Below are positions 25,076-32,000 of a stretch of DNA of 32,000 nucleotides, piece by piece. A program made the position numbers and the translations under genes. The stretch lies in contig NZ_CP021983.2 of the NCBI RefSeq assembly GCF_002075285.3, positions 600,001 through 632,000 of the forward strand, read 5' to 3'. How positions within the stretch are numbered: the stretch's first letter is position 1; each line of letters starts with the position of its first letter. The notes below the pieces were generated by a model. It ran no database searches, was not told the origin of the DNA, and was given only the letters and a program-made list of their open reading frames with translations. This DNA comes from Halomicronema hongdechloris C2206. GTDB taxonomy: Bacteria > Cyanobacteriota > Cyanobacteriia > Phormidesmidales > Phormidesmidaceae.

Positions 25076-26451
25076 ATTAAGGCCTCTAATGCTGTCTGCA
25101 AATCTTGCGTCAGCTCAATAACCGCCTGACGACGATTCTGCTGATAGGCTGGCCATCGTTCTGTGACTAGGATAGGACTCCCAACCGCCAGCTGAGCAAT
25201 TTGGTGCCCTAAGCGAGGGCGTGGAAATGGATTTTCCCCCTGGATACGTACAATCGTATCCCTTAATAATAAGAGCGTTTCCGCAAACCGCTCGGCTGAA
25301 GGGTTTTCCTTAACATAGTGACCAGTCACTGCCACGAAATTTTCCACTAGCCGCATATGCCACATGCGAAGATGGGCCTCCTCCGCCAGGCGATCTGCCA
25401 AACCTCGCTCTACCGCAGAGAGTTTAGTCGGGTTGCGTAGGGCCTCTTGATAGATACGATCCCATCCAGCTTGTTCAATGCGGCGACATCGATCTACCAA
25501 TGATCCCCTCGGTGCTAGCTGAAAATAATCCTCGGCTATCCTCAAAGCTGCATCTAGAAGCCGATGCAATCTATCAGGCAAAGAGGCATCTCCTAAGGTA
25601 GATGTCTCTGCCTGAGCTATCTCTGCGCCATAGTAGCGCTGGTAATAGTCTTCCATGAGCTGCAGTAGGGTTAGGCCCAAACCATACAAGCGAGGATAGA
25701 GCCATACTGGCGGGTCCAAGTCTTCCATAGATGTGGGAGAACTAGTTGGTCCCATACCAACTTCAGCTTCCAAGTGAGATAGCAGCTTGGCCATGGCTTG
25801 CCAGGGAGGGGTTTCATAACAGTATTGAATTCCCAACGGCAAAATCACCACCTGCTCGGCTCGCTCGGCTTGGCGCAAATCATCCACACACCAAAAGCTC
25901 ATTTGAGCAATCCCTGGCTCTAAGGGACTGACTAACTCGCTATGGCCATTGTTACCTCCCTCCGGAGCCGCCGCTAACGGCCACCGCCCCTGACTAAACA
26001 ATTGGCGGGCCCAACGTAATCCCACCCGATCGACCTTACCTCGCTGAATCGGTGTTCCTCCCAGTTTTGAGTACAACCAACCGACTCCACGCCCGGCCCA
26101 GATAGGAATTCCCCGGTCGTAAATAAAGTGAGCATGGATCGGAGACTGTAAGGGAATTGCTAATCGCCGGGAGGCTTGGGGCACTAAGTACCATAGTAAT
26201 TTGGCTAGGCAAAAGGCATCGTCTGGACTGGGATGACGGAAAGCAATCAGCAACCGGGTTTGCCCCTGTTGAAACTCGCGATACAGCTTCACCAAGCGCT
26301 CAATATTGACCACCTCCACCTGAGTTAAGCCTAGTCGCCAGCACATCCACCCTGGCAGTAACCCTTTCAGCACTGGCAGCAGTAGCGGATTGGGATCAGG
26401 AGGGATAAAGTCAAGGGGTGGGCGCGCAGCCCCAGAAAACTCAGTCAGCAT
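25066..26451 (-). CDS. PlsC-family acyltransferase (1-acyl-sn-glycerol-3-phosphate acyltransferase-like) with a long C-terminal extension.
   Basis: 461 aa. The HX4D motif is FRHPSPDD, and a later PEGG block is AAAPEGGNNGHS. The roughly 230-aa C-terminal helical region is of unknown function. Confidence 0.7.
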   Translation of the reverse strand: MLTEFSGAARPPLDFIPPDPNPLLLPVLKGLLPGWMCWRLGLTQVEVVNIERLVKLYREFQQGQTRLLIAFRHPSPDDAFCLAKLLWYLVPQASRRLAIPLQSPIHAHFIYDRGIPIWAGRGVGWLYSKLGGTPIQRGKVDRVGLRWARQLFSQGRWPLAAAPEGGNNGHSELVSPLEPGIAQMSFWCVDDLRQAERAEQVVILPLGIQYCYETPPWQAMAKLLSHLEAEVGMGPTSSPTSMEDLDPPVWLYPRLYGLGLTLLQLMEDYYQRYYGAEIAQAETSTLGDASLPDRLHRLLDAALRIAEDYFQLAPRGSLVDRCRRIEQAGWDRIYQEALRNPTKLSAVERGLADRLAEEAHLRMWHMRLVENFVAVTGHYVKENPSAERFAETLLLLRDTIVRIQGENPFPRPRLGHQIAQLAVGSPILVTERWPAYQQNRRQAVIELTQDLQTALEALIQS

Positions 26452-26907
26452 GAATTCTAGGTAGGCAAGGATACTTCCACGACAATCGTAGCCCTAACCC
26501 TACCGTAAGCAAGGTGGCAGCGAACAGACGACGAAGAAACCGTCACCTATGATACTCAATTACCGGAATTTTGCTGAAACCCTGCATTGCGGATGCGATT
26601 GATAAAGCTTTCATAAACTACTTCAGCCGCGATTGCCCTATCTGCCCATCGCCTCGTTTAATGAGTCGTGATACCTACAGGACAGAGTTAGACGCTCGAC
26701 TCTTCTCGGGACAAAGGGACACTGCCACTAGCCAAAAGCCTTACAGGGTAGGGCTCTCAGCCTAATAACGTCGTCATAACTCACCCGACTGCATCGCTGC
26801 CACTAATATCACTGGCCCGCTGACTGGGGAATATTGTGAAGGGCAACGAACCACTGAAGTGACGTCTAGCTCATCGAAGATCAGGCTTCAAAGTCAACTT
26901 ACACCTT

Positions 26908-26935
26908 ATTTCACGTTCATGATTTCACGTTCATG
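26908..26935 (+). repeat. Perfect tandem 14-mer duplication.
   Basis: ATTTCACGTTCATG occurs at 26908-26921 and again at 26922-26935. Confidence 0.95.
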
Positions 26936-26969
26936 AGAGATGTCTCAGCGGCTGTTATGAGGACCCTCT

Positions 26970-26993
26970 GAGGAAATCCGCGCGGATTTCCTC
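26970..26993. promoter_or_regulatory. Perfect 24-nt palindrome; a candidate operator or RNA hairpin upstream of the FHA gene.
   Basis: GAGGAAATCCGC (26970-26981) is the exact reverse complement of GCGGATTTCCTC (26982-26993). It is followed by GGTGGGGTTTGGTT. It lies about 100 nt upstream of the FHA gene start. Confidence 0.5.
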
Positions 26994-27096
26994 GGTGGGG
27001 TTTGGTTCAGGGCTGTGGGGTAAGTAGCTGTCCATCTCTCTATCTTGCTGTGAGAACCCGCTATCACCGATTCGATAGAAGCTGTCAATCTTGCTT

Positions 27097-27654
27097 ATGT
27101 CTTCTCTCCATACCCTCAGAGATCGAACTCAGATATCGAATGTCTGCTATCCCCGGCAAACTCGCAGAAGGTCGGCTCCTCTGGATGTACTCCTGAGCAA
27201 TTTGGAGCTCACTGATCCTCTAGTCTCTCGAGTCATTGATACTGTCTTGACAGCTATTGATCGCTGCGAGGTGACCTCTCTATATATTCAAGGGGTGGTT
27301 GTCGGCAATGCCATTTTCTTAACGACTAATCTCAATGCCGATCACCAGATCCAGGTCACTGGTCGAGGCACGAACTGGCTCATCGGTCGTAGCAAACAAT
27401 GTGCCATCTCGATTCCCCATCCTGAGATTGCTCCCTTTCATACGACGGTGGGATATTGTCCATCCCGAGGCTTCTACCTGGTTGATGTGGGTAGTCACAT
27501 TGGCACTTGGGTAAATCGGCGACGGCTTTCCCACCTACAACGACGGAAACTTCACAATGGTGATCTGCTTGACTTAGGTAAGTTGCGAGTCGAATTCTTT
27601 ATTGACATTTTTGATCAGGCGGTCGTGCCCCTGGCCGATGACACTTACTGTTAA
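27097..27654 (+). CDS. FHA-domain protein with atypical phosphothreonine-binding residues.
   Basis: The C-terminal FHA pattern is WLIGRSKQCAISIPHPEIAPFHTTVGY...YLVDVGSHIGTWVNRRRL...LHNGDLLDLGKLRVEF. The start is either ATG 27097 or TTG 27091. Confidence 0.8.
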   Translation: MSSLHTLRDRTQISNVCYPRQTRRRSAPLDVLLSNLELTDPLVSRVIDTVLTAIDRCEVTSLYIQGVVVGNAIFLTTNLNADHQIQVTGRGTNWLIGRSKQCAISIPHPEIAPFHTTVGYCPSRGFYLVDVGSHIGTWVNRRRLSHLQRRKLHNGDLLDLGKLRVEFFIDIFDQAVVPLADDTYC

Positions 27655-27664
27655 TGCTGGCAAG

Positions 27665-28774
27665 TCAGGGGTAACGCTGAAACAACATACTGCCAGGCAA
27701 TTGCATCACGACACCCATTACTTCTAATTGAGTCAGTGCGCTGAGTACCTTCTCTGGCGGCAGCTGAACCTCCTGCACTAGAGCATCTAGGGACATTGCT
27801 TCTAGGCTGAGAGCTGCAAAGATCGGCTGTAGCGGTTCTGGTAACTGCAGAGTTGCTGCTGCTGCAGAAGGTACAGCATCAAGGGGTGGGATGGTCCCGA
27901 GATCGGCTAGTAGTGTCTCCTCGTCCAAGATGAGTTGGCTACCGTCGCGGATGAGTCGTAAACACCCTCGACTGTGGGGGTTATCCAGGCTACCGGGTAG
28001 AGCATAAACATCGCGCCCATACTCACTGGCTAGCCGTGCCGTAATCAGCGCCCCAGACCGATGAGGGGCTTCTGTAACTAGGAGAGCTCGACACAGTCCG
28101 GCAATAATGCGGTTACGGCGTGGGAATTGACTGCGTTCAGGGGGAGTGCCTTGGGGATATTCGCTTAACAGTAGCCCCTCGGCTTTTATTTGATGATAGA
28201 GACCCTGATTGGCACGGGGATACACCACGTCTAGGCCGGTGCCTAGAACGGCTAGGGTGTGTCCCCGTTGCTGTAGACAGGCTTGGTGAGCTTCTCGATC
28301 AATGCCCTCGGCTAGTCCAGATACGATGGTAAATCCCTGACGGGCCAATTGAGCACTGAGTCGGCGTGTCCAGCGTTTGCCATATTCGGAAGGGCTACGG
28401 GTACCAACGATGCCAATGGCAGGACGGTACTGAAGGGCTGACAATAGTTCGATCTGACCGCTGTAATAGATCACTGGTGGCGGATCGGCGATCTCGAAGA
28501 GGATCTGGGGATAGAGAGGATCCGCTGGGGTAATGAAGGGGAATTGGGTTGCCTTCTGTTGAGCTAGTAGTTTTTCTGGCTGCAGATGGGGCCGCTTGGT
28601 TTGAATCATCTGTCCCAATTGAGGACCGATGCCGTCTACGGCTAGTAGCTCTGGGACGGGAGTTTGCCATGCGATCGCAAGACTGCCGCAATGATAATAG
28701 AGCCGTTTCAGGAGTACCGGACCAAGGCCGGGTAATGTCGACCAGGCCAGCCAGTAAGCACGTTCGTTGGTCAA
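27665..28774 (-). CDS. dprA: DNA processing protein DprA (Smf).
   Basis: 369 aa. The N-terminal SAM-like region is YWLAWSTLPGLGPVLLKRL. The Rossmann-like core is IGIVGTRSPSEYGKRWTRRLSAQLARQGFTIVSGLAEGIDREAH...YPRAN...SQFPRRNRIIAGL. There is an apparent TTG start at 28774. Confidence 0.9.
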   Translation of the reverse strand: MTNERAYWLAWSTLPGLGPVLLKRLYYHCGSLAIAWQTPVPELLAVDGIGPQLGQMIQTKRPHLQPEKLLAQQKATQFPFITPADPLYPQILFEIADPPPVIYYSGQIELLSALQYRPAIGIVGTRSPSEYGKRWTRRLSAQLARQGFTIVSGLAEGIDREAHQACLQQRGHTLAVLGTGLDVVYPRANQGLYHQIKAEGLLLSEYPQGTPPERSQFPRRNRIIAGLCRALLVTEAPHRSGALITARLASEYGRDVYALPGSLDNPHSRGCLRLIRDGSQLILDEETLLADLGTIPPLDAVPSAAAATLQLPEPLQPIFAALSLEAMSLDALVQEVQLPPEKVLSALTQLEVMGVVMQLPGSMLFQRYP

Positions 28775-28819
28775 GATCCAGAAATCCCCAAAATCCTATC
28801 CCTAGGATGCCCAACTCAA

Positions 28820-28841
28820 TAGCTGAACTTTAGCTGAACTT
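28820..28841 (+). repeat. Perfect tandem 11-mer duplication upstream of dprA.
   Basis: TAGCTGAACTT occurs at 28820-28830 and again at 28831-28841. It lies 46 nt upstream of the dprA start on the opposite strand. Confidence 0.95.
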
Positions 28842-28931
28842 TGCCCCAGCCTAGACTCAAAAGCTTATATGAAGAGACCTGTCTGCCCTCTAGCTGGGCC
28901 TGATTGAGGGATTGTATGGCCTACTCTGTTG

Positions 28932-29597
28932 TCAGGAGTTTGCAGCACGCTGTTGCTTCAAATACTCAAACACTGACTTGTCCCCGATGTCTGGGGGAAT
29001 CGCCTGAGTCACCTTACGTAGAGCAAAGACGACAAACAGCATAGCCCAGGCAATCAGCAAGGCCTGCTCCCAAGCTAAGGGCCATAACCCCACCAGATGT
29101 CCCAACAACAACAACGGCACCAGGGGAGTGAGGAATTTTGTCTCCAGGCGATCGAAGCAGAAGGCTTCCTTGAAGAAAATACCGGTCAGAGCGGCGAAGG
29201 TAAAGCCGACCCCCAGCAACGTCAAGGGTTGCTCATATACCGTCAGGAGAAAAGGACGAGGATCGCCATGGGCAACCCCCAGAGAGGCGAATCCGCCGAT
29301 TAGCCAAAATATCTGCAAAGCCCGGTGTAACGGCTGTAAGTAGATGTGAATCGTAGCCAGGCTTATCCCCAATCCTAGCCACAATACCGCGTACAGGACG
29401 CTGAGGCTGCGCCACACCCAGGGCTGCGGCCCATAGGCCGACACCAGCCCTATGGCGATGGCGAAGGCCATGGCAGCCACCACCAGCCCCGCCCGGTAAA
29501 TGATGACCCCGCGGCGGTCAGCCTCAGTAATGACAAAAGAGCCAAACTGCCCCTCGTAAACGACCGTATCTGGAACTGCTCTGTCTGCCATATCCAT
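28932..29597 (-). CDS. Integral membrane protein (resembles the DUF2301 family).
   Basis: There are about five or six hydrophobic segments. The N-terminus is VVYEGQFGSFVITEADRRGVIIYRAGLVVAA. Possible starts are ATG 29597, ATG 29591 or GTG 29615. It lies 7-25 nt downstream of the histidine kinase stop on the same strand. Confidence 0.65.
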   Translation of the reverse strand: MDMADRAVPDTVVYEGQFGSFVITEADRRGVIIYRAGLVVAAMAFAIAIGLVSAYGPQPWVWRSLSVLYAVLWLGLGISLATIHIYLQPLHRALQIFWLIGGFASLGVAHGDPRPFLLTVYEQPLTLLGVGFTFAALTGIFFKEAFCFDRLETKFLTPLVPLLLLGHLVGLWPLAWEQALLIAWAMLFVVFALRKVTQAIPPDIGDKSVFEYLKQQRAANS

Positions 29598-29622
29598 GGG
29601 TCGATCTCTAGCCACCTCATCC

Positions 29623-31941
29623 CTATCCTAACGGGTCTGCTGTCAGAGTAAGCGGCAACTCTACCAAGAACTCGGTCTGATAGTTGCTACTGCTGACCTC
29701 AATCACCCCATCTAGGAAGATCACGAGCTTCTGTACCAAAGCCAGTCCTAGGCCAGTGCCCCCCTGTTTCCAGGGATCAGCGCTGGGAACTCGATAAAAC
29801 TTATCGAAAATCCGCGGCAGTTCCTCTGAGGGAATTTCGACGCCAGTGTTTGTCAATCGAAACTGCACAGTGGCAATTTCCTGCACCTTGGCCGGACTAA
29901 CCTGCAGCCGAATGGTCTCCCCTGGAGGCGTATATTTGCAGGCATTGTGGAGTAATTCCGCTAGCACCCGCTCTAAACTAGCCGCATCGGTGACAAGGGG
30001 AGCCAGCTGGGGCGCAATTTCAAGGGTTAACTGTTGCTGACGACTGCTGGCCCTGGCCTGAAACCCATTGACGACCTCAGGAAGCCAGACGGTGAGATCT
30101 AAGGGGCGAGGATTAATGGGATGGTTGCCCACATCTAGTCGCTGTAGATCGAGGAGGTCATTAATCAGACTGATTTCTCGCTCGCATTCTTCCTGCAGAA
30201 TCTGAAAGTAACGGGCTACCCGCGATTGTTCTAGTTTGGGCTTCGCCAGATCAGCCTTGAGCCCCAATTCGTGATCCAGGGTGACCCCTAACAACTGCAA
30301 GGCCACCCGCATACTGGTCACTGGGGTCCGCAATTCATGGGAAACGGTGCTGAGAAAGTCATCTTTTAGCTGGTTCAAATGCTCTAATTCGGCGACTTGA
30401 GACTGGGCTGCCTGAAAGAGACGGGCCTGACGAATGGCGATGGCGCATTGGTTAGAGACCTGCTGCACCAGGCGAATTTCCATTTCTTCAAAGACATAGT
30501 CTTTAGCGTTAATCAACCAGAGATCTCCGAGGACGCCGCGGTCATCTAAAACAGGACAAGCCAGCATGGCCACGTGACCCCGGACCGGATTGGGATCTTT
30601 GGAACAAAACTGAAAACACAATCCCTCTAAAAGCTGGTGATAAATTTCTGGAAAGGCTTCCATTTGAGACACCCGTCCCCGGGAAGACGCCAGGGAGGTA
30701 TTGTACTCGTAGTAAATAGTCGATGTCCCCTGTTCTAGGTCATAGAGGGCTGTATTTGACCCTTTCACCCCCAGGGCCTGGGTCAGTTCTTTAACGGCGG
30801 TCTGGAGAATTTGTTTTTCATCGAGACTGTCCCGCACCCGGTCAGTCATCCGCTTCAAGGTGGCTTCAAAGTCCAGGGCGGTTTGGAGCTGGGTGGTGCG
30901 ATGTTCTACTTGGCGTTCTAAGGCCGTGTTTAGCTCCTGGATCTGATAGTGCAGTTTCATCTGGCGGATGGCACTGCCCACCCGGGTAGTCACTTCCTGT
31001 AGGGCCTCGATTTCCCAGGTATGCCAGGGGCGAACCTGGCTACAGTGGTGTACCCAGAGAAGCCCGCAGAGACTCTCATCTTGGGCAATGGGGAGCACTA
31101 ATAAGCTTTTAATTTGGTATTGGCTAATCAGGGGGCGATAGTCTGCTGCCAGGTTAACGGTAGTCACATCGTCTATGATCCAGGGTTTACCCTGATGGCA
31201 TCCCTCCCAGTCCCTGGCCAGAGAGGCTAACCGGGTTAGGGATTGAGTCGCCAGAGGAGGTACTGACGCCCCAACGGACTCAGCCAAAATCCCGGGGTTA
31301 CTAGCACTGCAGCTGTAGAAGATGACCCGGTCAGTCTGTAGAAAGTGCCGAACTTCAGCTACTGTGGCATTTAACAGTTGTTCGGGACTGGGAGATTGTA
31401 ATAGGTGTTGTGCGATCGCACTTAGCAAGCGCTCTCGCTCCGCTTGGCGCTTCAGGGTCAAATCGGCTTGTTTTGCCTGGGTAATATCCCGCATGGTGCC
31501 CACCAACCGGGGATATCCCTCAGGATCGTGAAACAGCGTCAGTTTAGTCGAGACGATGTGGATTTGGTTGTGAGCATCGGTGATGGTTGCTTCCTGTTCG
31601 TATTCGAGTCCTGTCGTCAAGACATAGCGATCGGCCAAGTAGAACAGATCGGCCTCAGGCGGGGAGAAAATGTCATGTTCTGAACGCCCCAGCAAGGCTT
31701 CTCGAGGATGACCAACCAACTGACAATAGGCATCATTAACCATCAACCAGCAATGCTGCTCATCCTTGACGAACACAGGATCGGCTAAGGCATTTAGAAT
31801 ACGGTCTACATTCATCTGTGGATCCACTAGACTCCCGCCTATTACTGATGACGGCCCAGATGACGGCCTAGACTCCACTGGTCGATGCTCGATCTCTGAT
31901 GGCGTATTTGTAGGTGAACGCCAGGGCTGATGTTGAGTCAT
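29623..31941 (-). CDS. Sensor histidine kinase (PAS, GAF, GAF, HisKA, HATPase_c), soluble.
   Basis: 772 aa. The PAS-like region is ILNALADPVFVKDEQHCWLMVNDAYCQLVGHPREALLGRSEHDIF. Two GAF-like regions follow. The H-box is FLSTVSHELRTPVTSM, the N-box is LLHNACKYTP, and the G-box is GGTGLGLALVQKL. No obvious transmembrane segments are present. Confidence 0.9.
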   Translation of the reverse strand: MTQHQPWRSPTNTPSEIEHRPVESRPSSGPSSVIGGSLVDPQMNVDRILNALADPVFVKDEQHCWLMVNDAYCQLVGHPREALLGRSEHDIFSPPEADLFYLADRYVLTTGLEYEQEATITDAHNQIHIVSTKLTLFHDPEGYPRLVGTMRDITQAKQADLTLKRQAERERLLSAIAQHLLQSPSPEQLLNATVAEVRHFLQTDRVIFYSCSASNPGILAESVGASVPPLATQSLTRLASLARDWEGCHQGKPWIIDDVTTVNLAADYRPLISQYQIKSLLVLPIAQDESLCGLLWVHHCSQVRPWHTWEIEALQEVTTRVGSAIRQMKLHYQIQELNTALERQVEHRTTQLQTALDFEATLKRMTDRVRDSLDEKQILQTAVKELTQALGVKGSNTALYDLEQGTSTIYYEYNTSLASSRGRVSQMEAFPEIYHQLLEGLCFQFCSKDPNPVRGHVAMLACPVLDDRGVLGDLWLINAKDYVFEEMEIRLVQQVSNQCAIAIRQARLFQAAQSQVAELEHLNQLKDDFLSTVSHELRTPVTSMRVALQLLGVTLDHELGLKADLAKPKLEQSRVARYFQILQEECEREISLINDLLDLQRLDVGNHPINPRPLDLTVWLPEVVNGFQARASSRQQQLTLEIAPQLAPLVTDAASLERVLAELLHNACKYTPPGETIRLQVSPAKVQEIATVQFRLTNTGVEIPSEELPRIFDKFYRVPSADPWKQGGTGLGLALVQKLVIFLDGVIEVSSSNYQTEFLVELPLTLTADPLG

Positions 31942-32000
31942 AGGACATTGCCACAGGTTGCCAAAGTTAACAGGGTCTGCATGGCCATTGCTTACGTCTA

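Noticed and set aside
26571-26765. 64-aa plus-strand ORF (TTG start) in the long gap upstream of the FHA gene.
   Set aside because: It has a non-ATG start, no Shine-Dalgarno sequence that I could find, and no family resemblance beyond a lone CPIC string. It is not reported as a gene. It is left open as a possible small protein or pseudogene remnant under the corresponding finding.
1-32000. Search for CRISPR arrays, rRNA, transposases, integrases, phage genes and recognisable defence systems.
   Set aside because: I saw no regularly spaced direct repeats longer than two units. No ORF has transposase, integrase, nuclease-helicase or other defence-type motifs. The repeats present are two-unit tandem duplications and HIP1 sites only.

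Overview
This is a cyanobacterial chromosomal segment. The evidence is the photosystem II genes psbB, psbT and psbM, and nine perfect copies of the HIP1 palindrome GCGATCGC. Most of the window is densely packed core housekeeping: pgk, metK, rpsA, nrdR, dprA, rbgA, a Bcp/PrxQ peroxiredoxin, a universal stress protein, an S4-domain protein, a HAD hydrolase, a PlsC-type acyltransferase, and a PAS-GAF-GAF histidine kinase. I found no rRNA, tRNA, CRISPR array, transposase or integrase. Two PSII genes, psbM (17367-17477, minus) and psbT (19977-20075, plus), are too short for the supplied ORF track and were found by hand translation. Four regions look least ordinary. (1) A five-gene minus-strand operon at 4593-10822 encodes a GT4 glycosyltransferase, an MsbA-type ABC exporter with an unusual C-terminal tail resembling a histidine-kinase H-box, two tandem GT8-like paralogs, and a PAPS-type sulfotransferase. 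This looks like a compact pathway for a sulfated glycoconjugate, with none of the usual Wzx/Wzy/Wza or priming-transferase genes in the window. (2) A 765-nt gene-free, low-GC gap at 495-1259 holds a chain of hairpins ending in an orphan plus-strand intrinsic terminator, which is a candidate structured sRNA. (3) A transglutaminase-like gene and an Anbu-type (proteasome beta-like) peptidase gene lie tail to tail, without the ATP-grasp and alpha-E partners of the canonical Anbu operon. (4) A 645-nt gap upstream of an atypical FHA-domain gene contains a perfect 24-nt palindrome and a perfect tandem 14-mer. All product calls rest on motifs I could read in the translations. No database search was run.
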